Shown here in pieces: positions 28,296-41,200 of a stretch of DNA of 64,000 bases. The stretch lies in contig CBDCCS010000018.1 of the NCBI GenBank assembly GCA_965214935.1, positions 384,001 through 448,000 on the forward strand, given 5' to 3'. Both the position numbers and the translations under genes were made by a program. A model generated the notes under the pieces. It was not told the DNA's origin and ran no database searches. It saw only the letters and a list, made by a program, of their open reading frames with translations. The stretch is from Candidatus Velthaea sp. Its GTDB lineage: Bacteria > Vulcanimicrobiota > Vulcanimicrobiia > Vulcanimicrobiales > Vulcanimicrobiaceae. The first letter of the stretch is position 1. Each line of letters starts with the position of its first letter.

Positions 28296-28649
28296 CTATT
28301 GACTCATGCTGAGGTTACGAAACATTTGCATGCGTGAATCGGCCGCTGCAGCTTCCTTCGCCGCCATCGCCTTGGTCTTGGGATCCTTGCCGCATGCGGC
28401 TTCAATTTTCAAGAGCATCATCGAGCCTTTTTCGCGGTCCATCATCATCGCCGCGAAATCCTTGTCGACATCGCCGGTCGACGTCATCGCCGTGCCCTTC
28501 GCGGCCGTCGACATCATCGTGCCGGCCTGGGTACAATCCGGCTTCATCGCATCGCTTTTCATCATCGAGTCGTTGGATTGGGCCGAAGCGATTCCCGATA
28601 GTGAAGCGGCCGTCGCGAGCGTGAGGCTGAGAACAAGAGCTTTGGTCAT
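28296..28649 (-). CDS. Secreted Met-rich DUF305/CopM-like protein
   Basis: AAGGA SD, signal peptide, TGDVDKDFAAMM, GKDP..KAMA. Confidence 0.65.
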   Translation of the reverse strand: MTKALVLSLTLATAASLSGIASAQSNDSMMKSDAMKPDCTQAGTMMSTAAKGTAMTSTGDVDKDFAAMMMDREKGSMMLLKIEAACGKDPKTKAMAAKEAAAADSRMQMFRNLSMSQ

Positions 28650-28692
28650 GGAACGTCCTTTAATTAACGGCTTGTTGCGCTAGCCGCGCAAA

Positions 28693-28730
28693 CGAGTACA
28701 GCCGGATGCTACTGCATCCGGCCGTACTCG
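28693..28730 (-). terminator. Hairpin downstream of metY
   Basis: 17-bp stem (one G-U on the minus strand) with a 4-nt loop, followed by TTT on the minus strand. Confidence 0.6.
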
Positions 28731-28764
28731 CACGGTAAGCCGCCTTACATGTCCACGCGCGCGG

Positions 28765-30060
28765 CTAAGCCGCTTCGAGTGCTTGACGCAGATCGGCAAT
28801 GATGTCGCCTGCGTCTTCGATGCCGATCGAGAGACGGATCGTATCCGCGCTGACGCCGGTGCCGATTTGTTCTTCGATGGTCAGCTGTTGATGGGTGGTC
28901 GACGCCGGATGAATAACGAGTGATTTTGCATCACCGACGTTTGCGAGAAGACTAAAGAGTTTGAGCCGGTCGATGAATGCGCGCGCTTCGGCTGCACCGC
29001 CGGAGATACCGAACGTGAGAATCGCGCCCTGCCCGCCGGGCAGATATTTCAACGCCCGGGCATGCGAGGCGTGCCGTTCGAGTCCCGGGTACGATACCCA
29101 GACGACGCCCGGATGTCCGTCGAGGAACTCCGCGACTTTTTGCGCGTTGGCGCAATGACGTTCGACGCGTAGACCCAGCGTTTCGAGGCCCTGCAGCAGC
29201 AGCCACGCGTTGAACGGTGAGAGTGCCGCGCCGAGATCGCGCAAAAGTTGCACGCGCGCCTTGATGATATACGCGAGTTTGCCGAATGACTCGACGTAGC
29301 GCACGCCGTGGTACGAAGCATCGGGTTCGTTGAAGTCCGGAAAGCGGCCTGAGGCGGCCCAATCAAAATTCCCCGAATCGATCATCACGCCGCCGATCGT
29401 CGTGCCGTGGCCGCCGATAAATTTCGTCGCCGAATGAACGACGACATCGGCGCCCCATTCGATCGGACGCAACAGATACGGCGTCGCCAGCGTGTTATCG
29501 ATAATGAGCGGAACATCGTTTTCATGTGCGACTTTCGCGATGCCCTCCACGTCGAGGACGTCGATTTTCGGATTACCGATCGATTCAGCGAAAATTGCCT
29601 TAGTGTTGGGGCGAATCGCGCGCCGAAAATTCTCCAAGTCGCCCGGATCGACCAAGCTGACTTCGATACCGAAACGCGGCAGCGTGTGGGTAAATGCATT
29701 ATACGATCCACCGTACAGCGATGCCGAACTGACGATGTGATCGCCGGCGCGCGCAAGATTCAAGATCGCATACACGCAGGCGGCCTGACCGCTGGCAACC
29801 GCAAGTCCGCCGACGCCTTTTTCGAGTTGCGCCAGTCGTTGTTCGAGCACGTCGGTCGTCGGATTCATGATCCGGGTGTAAATGTTGCCGAATTGTTCGA
29901 GCGCGAATAACCGCGCGGCGTGGTCGGTGTCGTCGAAGGTGAACGACGTCGTCTGGTAGATTGGAACGGCGCGCGACTTCGTCGTCGGGTCGCCGGCATG
30001 CGCGCCGTGAATCGCGACGGTATCGAATCCGAACGCGGCGCTGTCGAGAGTACTGCTCAT
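28765..30060 (-). CDS. metY: O-acetylhomoserine/O-acetylserine sulfhydrylase
   Basis: [48 protein letters not shown]. Confidence 0.95.
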   Translation of the reverse strand: MSSTLDSAAFGFDTVAIHGAHAGDPTTKSRAVPIYQTTSFTFDDTDHAARLFALEQFGNIYTRIMNPTTDVLEQRLAQLEKGVGGLAVASGQAACVYAILNLARAGDHIVSSASLYGGSYNAFTHTLPRFGIEVSLVDPGDLENFRRAIRPNTKAIFAESIGNPKIDVLDVEGIAKVAHENDVPLIIDNTLATPYLLRPIEWGADVVVHSATKFIGGHGTTIGGVMIDSGNFDWAASGRFPDFNEPDASYHGVRYVESFGKLAYIIKARVQLLRDLGAALSPFNAWLLLQGLETLGLRVERHCANAQKVAEFLDGHPGVVWVSYPGLERHASHARALKYLPGGQGAILTFGISGGAAEARAFIDRLKLFSLLANVGDAKSLVIHPASTTHQQLTIEEQIGTGVSADTIRLSIGIEDAGDIIADLRQALEAA

Positions 30061-30073
30061 TGTCGTGCCTTTC

Positions 30074-30108
30074 AAGAAAAAGCCCCCGCCGGTGGTCCGG
30101 CGAGGGCT
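30074..30108 (-). terminator. Attenuator terminator in the metY leader
   Basis: Minus strand AGCCCTCGCCGG-acca-CCGGCGGGGGCT-TTTTCTT. Confidence 0.8.
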
Positions 30109-30139
30109 GTAGATCGATCGAACTGCTACGCGCGACCAG

Positions 30140-30205
30140 CTACACTGTCCCTCGCAAGGGGCAGCACATCATCATGGTCCGGATGCGACGGGCGGCGCGG
30201 TTCAT
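30140..30205 (-). CDS. Met/Cys-rich leader peptide [21 protein letters not shown]
   Basis: ATG ATG ATG TGC TGC run upstream of the terminator and metY. Confidence 0.75.
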   Translation of the reverse strand: MNRAARRIRTMMMCCPLRGTV

Positions 30206-30309
30206 TGCGCGACGGTACCACCGCAGTCCGTGGTGCGTCAAGCGTTTGAGCGACGAATCGAGTAGGTTGCGGGCCGGAATCGGCGCATTACGGTCGCTAC
30301 GGTGAAAGC

Positions 30310-31320
30310 ATGAAAGCGGTCCGGCTCAATGCCATCGGCGGTCCGCAGCAATTGCACGTCGAAACGATCGCCGATCCGACACCGGCGGCCGGCGAGGTGC
30401 TGGTCAACATCAAACGTGCCGCCCTCAACCGGCGTGACGTTTTCATCAGCCAAGGACTCTATCCCGGCATCGTGTTACCGCGGACGCTCGGCTCGGACGG
30501 ATGCGGCATCGTCGCCGCGCTTGGATCGGGTGTGACCGGACCGGCCGTCGGGACACCGGTCGTGATCGATCCGATGCTCGATTGGGGAGCCGACCCGCGC
30601 GTCTGGGACGCAACGCGCAGCGGTCTGTTGGGCATGCCGCGCGACGGCACGTTTGCACAGTACGTAACGGTTCCCGCGCAAAACGTCTATCCCAAGCCGG
30701 TGCACCTCTCCGATGCGGAGGCGGCGGCGATTCCGCTGGCCGGCCTCACCGCATATCGAGCGCTGATCGCGCGCGGCGGCGTAACCCCGGCCGACGTCGT
30801 CCTTATAACGGGCGTCGGCGGCGGCGTGCAGTCGTTCGTACTCCTCTTCGCCGTCTCGCTTGGAGCGCGTACGATCGTAACTTCGTCGAGCGACGAAAAA
30901 CTGGAGCGCGCCACGGCGATGGGAGCGAGTGTTGCCATTAATTACAAGACGTCGCCCAATTGGTCGAAAGACGTGCGCGCGGCCGCCGGCGGTGACGGTC
31001 CGAGTTTGATCGTGGATTCAGCCGGCGGGGAGACGTTCAGCCGATGTTTGGATATCGCGCGTCCGGGAGCACGCATCGTCACCTACGGCGGGACTGCGCC
31101 CAAAGCGGAAGTTCGCCTGTTTTCGATTTTTTGGAAGCATCTCGATATTCTCGGCACCTCGATGGGTTCGGCTCAAGATTTTGGCGCTATGTTAAGGCTG
31201 TTCGAGACCGGAATCAAACCGGCAGTCGACGACGTCGTGCCGATGAGTGATGTTGCGGCGGCCGCCGAACGGCTCGACGCGTCCTTGCAGTTCGGTAAAA
31301 TCGTTCTCGCCGTCGACTAA
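30310..31320 (+). CDS. MDR-family (Zn-ADH-like/quinone) oxidoreductase
   Basis: LN.RD, GSDGCG, AGLTAYRAL, ITGVGGGV, QFGKIVL. Confidence 0.9.
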   Translation: MKAVRLNAIGGPQQLHVETIADPTPAAGEVLVNIKRAALNRRDVFISQGLYPGIVLPRTLGSDGCGIVAALGSGVTGPAVGTPVVIDPMLDWGADPRVWDATRSGLLGMPRDGTFAQYVTVPAQNVYPKPVHLSDAEAAAIPLAGLTAYRALIARGGVTPADVVLITGVGGGVQSFVLLFAVSLGARTIVTSSSDEKLERATAMGASVAINYKTSPNWSKDVRAAAGGDGPSLIVDSAGGETFSRCLDIARPGARIVTYGGTAPKAEVRLFSIFWKHLDILGTSMGSAQDFGAMLRLFETGIKPAVDDVVPMSDVAAAAERLDASLQFGKIVLAVD

Positions 31321-32216
31321 GCTGGCGTTCGACGCAGCGCGTATTCTTGCAGCACTCGTTGCCCCGAGTCGAACCCGGAAAGCGGATCGAGCAGGCGGGC
31401 TTCACTCGGGCTTGCCGTTCGCGCTGTGCGCTCGACGACGCGACCCTCACGCTCGAGCGCAATGAGGTGAGCGGCAATCTGTGCGGCGGCAGCCGTTTGC
31501 AGCGACGGTGCAAGTCCGGCATATAGCGCTTCAACGAGCGCCGGGATCGTGGCCGAAGCGCGATCCAAAGCCGCGACGATCTGCGCTTCGCGTGCTTTGC
31601 GATGTTCGATGTATTCGCTTATTTTTGCGCGCGGCGTGTGAACCGGAGGGCCGTGGCCGCCGTAGATGACCTCGGCATCGGCATAATCGCGCAGTAGACG
31701 CGCAAGCGATAGCTGGTACGCGCGCATGTCCCCGGACGGCGGCGCGATAAGCACCGAACCGCTGCCGACGATGAGGTCGCCGGTAAAGAGTGCGCGTCGT
31801 GCAGCAAGCCAAAACACGAGATGATCGGCGGCATGACCGGGCGTGTGCAGCGCATCGATTTCGGCGTCGCCGAAAAGCAGCCGTGCGCCGTCATCGAGGG
31901 GCCGGTCGTAACCGAACGTCGCGCTGCGATGCGCGTAGACCGGAGCCCCGGTCAGCCGGCCTAACGCATGTGCGCCCGGATAGTGATCGCGATGTCCGTG
32001 CGTGACGAGAATTGCCACGTAGCGGGCGCGCGACGTTCGCGCAATCCGGACGAAGCTCTCGATATGCGCGGAGTCGTCGACACCCGGGTCGATGGCGACG
32101 AGCGCTGCGCCACCGGCGTGCACGACATATCCGTTGGTGCCGTCAAGCGTCATCAGCGACGGGTTCGGCGCGCGCAGACAGATAACGGACGGCCCGATCG
32201 GGTGCGCTTCGGACAT
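31317..32216 (-). CDS. MBL-fold metallo-hydrolase (LACTB2-like)
   Basis: NPS.MTLDGTN, THGHRDH, TPGHAADH, GGHG, C-terminal WH domain. Confidence 0.88.
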   Translation of the reverse strand: MSEAHPIGPSVICLRAPNPSLMTLDGTNGYVVHAGGAALVAIDPGVDDSAHIESFVRIARTSRARYVAILVTHGHRDHYPGAHALGRLTGAPVYAHRSATFGYDRPLDDGARLLFGDAEIDALHTPGHAADHLVFWLAARRALFTGDLIVGSGSVLIAPPSGDMRAYQLSLARLLRDYADAEVIYGGHGPPVHTPRAKISEYIEHRKAREAQIVAALDRASATIPALVEALYAGLAPSLQTAAAAQIAAHLIALEREGRVVERTARTASPSEARLLDPLSGFDSGQRVLQEYALRRTPA

Positions 32217-32270
32217 CGCTCGCCGCTTCGACGGAACTCGGTTCATCGCCGTCCCGTTGCCCGGAGTACG

Positions 32271-32684
32271 ATGTTCTCGCGATCGGCTTGGCTTCTTAGC
32301 GCACTACTCTGCATCGAGACCGGCTCGGTTGCCATGGCGCAAACTCCGCTGCCCGTGCCGACGCCGATCGTCGTGCCGACTTTACCGCCGTCGAATCCGA
32401 CCCAAGACGCAATCGTTCGCGCGGCAGCCGGGATACTCCAAGATGTGATCGCGCGCAGCCGCGCAAATGCCGCGAATACGACGCACGGCAACGTCACCTA
32501 CTTTCGCCGCTTCGATATGCAAGTGCAAACCGGAACGAACGCCTATCGAACGGTGCGGCTCCATCAAGGAACCGTCATCAACCCGCGCGGTGCTACGCCC
32601 GGCGTGGGGACGACCGTCGACGTAAGCGGGCAAGGCGCGTCGGATGGTGCGCTCGACGCCGCGATGATAACGGTTGTGCACTAG
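32271..32684 (+). CDS. Secreted hypothetical protein (DUF5666/OB-fold-like)
   Basis: Signal peptide, Pro-rich linker, LHQGTVINPRG. Confidence 0.6.
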   Translation: MFSRSAWLLSALLCIETGSVAMAQTPLPVPTPIVVPTLPPSNPTQDAIVRAAAGILQDVIARSRANAANTTHGNVTYFRRFDMQVQTGTNAYRTVRLHQGTVINPRGATPGVGTTVDVSGQGASDGALDAAMITVVH

Positions 32685-32704
32685 CGTCGTTGCAAACGCC
32701 CCAG

Positions 32705-32741
32705 AAAAAAGATAAGCCACGCCGCGCGTGGCTTATCTTTT
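32705..32741. terminator. Bidirectional intrinsic terminator
   Basis: Perfect 16-bp stem AAAAGATAAGCCACGC-cgc-GCGTGGCTTATCTTTT with T tracts on both strands. Confidence 0.85.
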
Positions 32742-32774
32742 AACTTTGTTCTTGTCGCAGTCAACGAGTTGCGA

Positions 32775-32813
32775 CTACGACGCGATGTCCTTCGGTGGAT
32801 CTTGCGGGCTCAC
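32775..32813 (-). CDS. Micro-ORF MSPQDPPKDIAS (12 aa)
   Basis: AAGGAGG SD 10 nt upstream of a GTG; shares PQDPP with 32909..32938. Confidence 0.5.
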   Translation of the reverse strand: MSPQDPPKDIAS

Positions 32814-32908
32814 TGAACACCGCCCTCCTTTACCTTTGAACGTATAATCGTGCGATAAGGGGGACATTTGCTTTCACCGGAACGGTGCGCACTCACCCGT
32901 TGCGGTGG

Positions 32909-32938
32909 CTAGTACCCAGGTGGATCTTGCGGTGTCAT
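32909..32938 (-). CDS. Micro-ORF MTPQDPPGY (9 aa)
   Basis: AGAGGAGG SD 4 nt upstream of an ATG. Confidence 0.5.
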   Translation of the reverse strand: MTPQDPPGY

Positions 32939-32986
32939 CCGCCCTCCTCTAGGGGTTCGCGGTGGGAGTTGCCTCGAGGTTCACGC

Positions 32987-33015
32987 ATCGTACACCCCGT
33001 CCGCCGCGGAAACAA
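32987..33015 (-). promoter_or_regulatory. Sigma70-like promoter for the micro-ORF unit
   Basis: Minus strand TTGTTT-N17-TACGAT. Confidence 0.5.
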
Positions 33016-33119
33016 TAGCGGGAAATCGCACATAGGCGGCTTGCAACTATTGCGAATACTTGCGTACCCGGCAAGCTCTAGCAGCGCGTGAAGACCATCG
33101 CGTAGAGGCGTCGTCGCCG

Positions 33120-33803
33120 ATGCCGCTAAGGAACTTTACCGTGAAGGCTCCCCCACAACTGCTTCGGCGTCTCGAAGCGCTCGCAATATTTCTCATATCG
33201 TTTGCGCTCGCTGCTTTTGTGGTCGCTCGGAAGACGCAAGTCGAACATCTGTTGGGCAGTCTGGGGATCTTTGCAATGCCGTTGGCGGCCGTCATTCTTG
33301 CGATCGTCGCGTCTGCACCGTTCTCGGTGACCGATGCGCTCGCAATCATGAACGGTGTGCTCTTCGGTCCGCTCTGGGGTTCGGTCGTCAATGCCGTCGG
33401 GATCATCCTCGCTGCCATCATCGGCTATGTCGTGGCTTTGCGAACGTCGGCGCTGCTCGATATCGAAGCGCAGGTGCAGCGCTTGCCGAGTTGGGTCCGG
33501 CGCTTCAAAATCGGTTCGCCGATGTTCTTGCTCTGCGTGCGGATCATCCCCGGACTCGGCGGTACGATCGCAACGCAAACTGCGGCGGCGTTGCGCGTAC
33601 CAATTTTCCGTCAAGTGTACACCATGTGTGCAGTCGCATTGCCGATTTGTACCGGCCTTGCAATCGGCGGTGATTTTTTGTCGAATTATATCGATTCACA
33701 TGTTGTAAAACCGGCCGAAGCGTATGCCGCCGAACATCATATCGGCGTGCGCTTGCCGCATCCGCTGCATCGCCGTTCGCCGGAACCCAGGGTGACGCGG
33801 TGA
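33120..33803 (+). CDS. TVP38/TMEM64 (VTT/DedA) membrane protein
   Basis: G.LFG..WG, RIIPG motif, several TM segments; start uncertain. Confidence 0.75.
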   Translation: MPLRNFTVKAPPQLLRRLEALAIFLISFALAAFVVARKTQVEHLLGSLGIFAMPLAAVILAIVASAPFSVTDALAIMNGVLFGPLWGSVVNAVGIILAAIIGYVVALRTSALLDIEAQVQRLPSWVRRFKIGSPMFLLCVRIIPGLGGTIATQTAAALRVPIFRQVYTMCAVALPICTGLAIGGDFLSNYIDSHVVKPAEAYAAEHHIGVRLPHPLHRRSPEPRVTR

Positions 33804-34993
33804 ACGATGTCGTGGTCGTCGACAGCGTGCCGTTACTCGACGCGCTGATCAAGCGTGTCGACGCCGCCCAACGCGTAGCGATCGATACCGAGTTTCACAA
33901 CGAGCGATCGTATACGGCCGCACTGATGGTCGTGCAACTCGCTTTTAACGACGGCGTTGCAATTGTCGACCCGCTCGCGTTGACGGATCTGCGACCGTTG
34001 TTCGACGCACTCGCCCGAACCGAGGTGGTCGGGCACGCTTTATCGTCAGACATTCGAATCATCGCCGAAGACTACGGCACGCTACCGCGCACTGCGTTCG
34101 ACACGCAAGTCGCCGCTGCGTTTTGCGGCTATGGCTTGACGATCTCGCTGCTCGATCTCGTGCGTGAACTTGCCGGTGTGACCCTGCGCAAATCGCAGAC
34201 GGTGAGCGATTGGAGCACGCGCCCGCTTAGCGCGAAGCAAATCGATTATCTTGTCGATGACGTTCGGTATCTGTTCGGGCTGGCGGACCGGCTCGACGCA
34301 TTGCTCGCCGAACGCGGCCGGCTCGGCTGGGCGCGCGAGGAGATGCGCTCGCTCGTCGACATGCGGACGTATCGGCCCGACACGCGCCGTCTCTATTTGC
34401 GCATCTCGGGCAATGCCCGGATGAATCGGCGCGAACTCGGTATCCTCAACGAACTTGCCGCACTGCGCGACCGGTTAGCGCGCGACCGCAACATCCCGCT
34501 CAAATTCGTCATCCCCGATGATGTCTTGGCGGGGCTCGTTGCGCTACGTCCACGGTCGGCAGACGAACTGGGACAATTGCGCCGTTTAGACGGCGGCATC
34601 AAGAAACATTACGGGGCACTGATCGTCGACGCAATCGCACGCGGCGAAGCAATTCCGGAAAACGAATTGCCGGAGCGCGCGCCGCGGCCGCTCGGCTCGC
34701 AGCGCGAAGCGCTCGTTTCAACGCTGGCGGTACTTGTTAATGCCGTCGCGGCCGAGAACGACTTGCCGACGACGCTCTTGTTGTCGCGCAACGCGCTCGA
34801 ACGGATCGTGCGGGACAATCCATCTTCGGCCGATGAGATCGGCGCGCTGCTCGAACTCGCTCCGTGGCGCTTGCACCTCATCGTCGAGCCGTTATGGCAA
34901 CTGCTTACCGGCGAACGCGCCGTACGCGTCGAGGGTTATCTCGCAGGCAATCCGCGGACAACCTTTACACGGTTGTCCGTTCCCGAGGGTTAA
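33800..34993 (+). CDS. rnd: Ribonuclease D
   Basis: AIDTEF, FDTQVAA, SDWSTRPL, HRDC domain. Confidence 0.9.
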   Translation: MNDVVVVDSVPLLDALIKRVDAAQRVAIDTEFHNERSYTAALMVVQLAFNDGVAIVDPLALTDLRPLFDALARTEVVGHALSSDIRIIAEDYGTLPRTAFDTQVAAAFCGYGLTISLLDLVRELAGVTLRKSQTVSDWSTRPLSAKQIDYLVDDVRYLFGLADRLDALLAERGRLGWAREEMRSLVDMRTYRPDTRRLYLRISGNARMNRRELGILNELAALRDRLARDRNIPLKFVIPDDVLAGLVALRPRSADELGQLRRLDGGIKKHYGALIVDAIARGEAIPENELPERAPRPLGSQREALVSTLAVLVNAVAAENDLPTTLLLSRNALERIVRDNPSSADEIGALLELAPWRLHLIVEPLWQLLTGERAVRVEGYLAGNPRTTFTRLSVPEG

Positions 34994-35022
34994 TTGCGCC
35001 GCCGAGCGGGCATACGCTTGAT

Positions 35023-35244
35023 ATGAGCATTAAAGACGATCTTAACAATATTGTCGGTGCAGTCAAAGACACGTTTAGCGAAGCCGGGCACAAAAGCACG
35101 GCCGATGCCGAAGCGACTCGACGTGAAGTCGCCGGCGACACGATGACGCCGGGCGAACAGCTCGGGTCGATGGCAAACGAAGCTAAGAACAACATTCAAG
35201 GCGACATGGATCACGCCAAAGTCGAAGCGCGCAAGGAAATCTAA
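35023..35244 (+). CDS. Small hydrophilic stress protein (CsbD/LEA-like)
   Basis: 73-aa helical, hydrophilic ORF followed by a terminator. Confidence 0.65.
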   Translation: MSIKDDLNNIVGAVKDTFSEAGHKSTADAEATRREVAGDTMTPGEQLGSMANEAKNNIQGDMDHAKVEARKEI

Positions 35245-35297
35245 GTACGCTCGAATCGGCGGCACCCGTGCTTATCGCGAGCGGGTGTGACAAAGGT

Positions 35298-35326
35298 AAG
35301 GCCGGGCTAAACGCTCGGCCTTTTTT
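35298..35326 (+). terminator. Intrinsic terminator
   Basis: AAGGCCGGGC-taaac-GCTCGGCC-TTTTTT. Confidence 0.75.
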
Positions 35327-35460
35327 CGTTCGCCGATCGCTCGAGCATCGTGCATTTGCGAGAGCACTGAGATTCGTGCAACGCGTGAAAGCAGCGGCAG
35401 CGGCGCTCGTTCATCATCCGACAGTAGCGGCATCGACGCCCGGCGAAGCTTTGCGGCCTC

Positions 35461-38199
<2,739 letters not shown>

Positions 38200-38261
38200 C
38201 GCAAGGTCGCGCTGCGGCCGTCGAGTCGCACGACGGTGAAAAGCGGGTAACGAGGCAGTAG

Positions 38262-41200
38262 ATGAAGACCGGGATGCGCATCTACAATCTCTTTCCGTCG
38301 CTGGTTGGCTCGATCGAGCGCTGGTCGAACCAATTGCCGCGCATAGCGGCGATGGGTTTCGATTGGGTGTATGTCAATCCGTTTCACGAGACCGGCTATT
38401 CGGGCAGTCTCTATGCAGTAAAAGATTACTATCGGCTCAACCCGCTATTCCGCGGTGATGCAACGGAAAGCGATGCCGATTTGCTGCGCGGTTTTATTGC
38501 CGCAGCGTCCGCTGCGGACATCGGCGTGATGATGGATTTGGTCGTAAATCACACCGCGCGCGATTGCGTTTTGGCCGGCGAACATCCGGAATGGTATCGC
38601 CGTACCGCCGACGGCAGTATTGAATCGCCCTCGGCTAGCGATCCGGCCGATCCCGCAAACGTAACGGTGTGGACCGATCTTGCCGAACTCGACTATACGG
38701 ACCGGCCCGAGCGCACGCAAATGATCGCTTACTTCAGCGATGTGGTGCGGCATTACACGCGGCTTGGTTTTCGCGGCTTTCGCTGCGATGCGGCGTACAA
38801 AGTACCGGGCGACATTTGGTCGGCGTTCGTCGCGGCGGCACGTGAGATCCGTTCCGACACGGTGTTCGCCGCCGAGACGCTCGGCGCGCCGCTTGAAGCG
38901 GTCAGCCAATTGCGTCCCGCCGGTTTCGATTATTTGTTCAACAGCTCGAAATGGTGGGATTTTCAGGCACCGTGGCTGCTCGATCAATACGAGGAATTCC
39001 GGCATATCGCGCCGTCGATTGCATTTCCGGAGAGCCACGACACGCCGCGGCTCGCAACGGAATACGCCCAGTTCGACGATGCACAGCTCGAGGCGGAATA
39101 CCGCTTTCGCTACTTGTTCGCCGCTTTTTTCTCGACCGGCGTTATGATGCCGATCGGTTACGAGTTCGGCTTCGATCGGCCGTTCGACGTCGTGATGACG
39201 CGGCCCGACCATTGGCAAGCGCCGCGTTTCGATCTAACGGCGTTCATTGCCGATGTCAACGCGATGAAAGCCGCGGTCCCCGCACTCAACGAAGAAGGCG
39301 CCGAACGAAGCTTGCCGCTCTCGAACGGCGCGATCGGCTTGCTGCGCAACGCACTTGCCGGGTCGAGCGCGGCCGTCGCTTTGTTTAACCCGGATCCAAC
39401 CTCGGCTGCCAAGATCGATGCTGCGACCATCTTGGGCGAAATCGATTCCGCCGTTGATATTACGCCGCAAGCGGATGGCGGCGCGGCGCTACGTGCTGGA
39501 ACGTCGATCGATCTTGCGCCGCTGGGCGTTCGGGTCTTTGCCTCGCCGCGCGCCTCTGCCAACGGCGCCGGCACGAACGGTGCGGCGCAAAACGATGTGC
39601 GGCTCGCTGCCCGGCCGGTGATCATTGAATCCGTTTCGCCCGAAATAAACGGCGGCCGTCATCCCGTGAAACGAATCGTCGGCGACCGGCTCGAAGTGCA
39701 GGCGGACATTTTTCGCGAAGGTCACGACGCGCTAGCCGCCGTGCTCAAGTATCGTGAACGCGATGCCGCGACATGGCGTGAAACGCCGATGCTTTGCTTC
39801 GATAACGATCGTTGGCGCGCATCGTTCGCTCTGGACCGTAATACCCGCTACGTTTACACGATCGAAAGTTGGCCCGACGATTTCGCGACGTGGCGGCATG
39901 GCGCCGAGAAGAAACATGCCGCCGGCCAATCGATCGATGTTGAATTGCTCGAAGGCAGAGCACTCGTCGAAGCAGCGGTCGCGCGAGCCGGTGCGAATCG
40001 CCGCGAACAACTTCGAGCGGTCGTGGCGGAATTAACGCGGCTCGGCGATAGCGACGGGCGTATTGCGTTGCTGCTCGGCGAATCGGTGGCGGAATTCATG
40101 GCTGCGACGCCCGATCGCACGGCAGCATCGGTGTACGTGCGTGAACTCGAAGTGATCGCCGATCGCAAAGCAGCGCAGATCGCTGCCTGGTACGAGTTCT
40201 TTCCGCGCTCGCAGGGCGTTACGCCCGGTGTCCACGGAACGTTTGCCGACGCTACCCGGCGTCTCGCCGACGTGCGCGCGATGGGTTTCGACGTGTTGTA
40301 TCTGCCGCCGATCCATCCGATCGGCCATTCATTTCGCAAAGGCCCGAACAACAGTCTCGACCCGGCACCCGGCGATCCAGGCAGCCCATGGGCGATCGGG
40401 AATGCGGACGGCGGACATAAGGCGGTCGAACCGAGACTCGGAACGCTCGACGATTTCGACCGCTTCGTTGCGGCGGCAATTGCGCACGGCATCGAGATCG
40501 CGCTCGACTATGCCTTGCAATGTTCGCCCGATCACCCATACGTTACGTCGCATCCCGAATGGTTCACGTTCCGGCCGGACGGTACCATCAAATACGCTGA
40601 AAACCCGCCGAAAAAATATCAGGATATCGTCAACTTCAACTGGTTCGGCGCGCATGCGCCCGCATTATGGGATGAGCTGCGCGATGTGATCGAATTTTGG
40701 ATCGGCCACGGCGTGCGAACGTTTCGCGTCGATAACCCGCATACGAAACCATTTGCGTTTTGGGAGTGGATGATCGGCGACGTTCAGTCGCGACATCCCG
40801 AGGTGCTGTTTCTGGCCGAAGCATTCACACGTCCCAAGATCATGAAAGAATTGGCCAAGATCGGCTTCACGCAGTCGTACACCTACTTCACCTGGCGAAA
40901 CTTCAAGACCGAACTCACCGACTATTTGAACGAGCTTGCCTATGCGGAGATGGGCGAATACTACCGGCCGAATTTCTTTGCCAATACGCCCGACATTTTA
41001 CCGCCGTTCTTGCAAACCGGCGGCCGGCCGGGCTTCGTCATCCGGCTCGTGCTCGCCGCGACGCTTTCGAGCGTCTACGGTATCTACAGCGGTTTCGAGC
41101 TCTGCGAAGCTGCGGCGTTGCCGGAACGCGAAGAATACCTCGATTCCGAGAAATATGAAATCCGGGTGCGCGATTGGAATGCGCCGGGAAATATCAAGCC

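Noticed and set aside
30061..30300. SAM riboswitch or T-box upstream of metY
   Set aside because: I could not find SAM-I core or T-box consensus by eye; the uORF/terminator layout explains the region. A covariance-model scan is still needed.
32843..32848. Perfect TATAAT on the plus strand between the micro-ORFs
   Set aside because: No matching -35 or extended -10; kept only as a possible antisense start.
32794..32948. Direct repeats considered as a mini-CRISPR array
   Set aside because: Only two short, split repeats ~120 nt apart and no cas genes; SD plus micro-ORF fits better.
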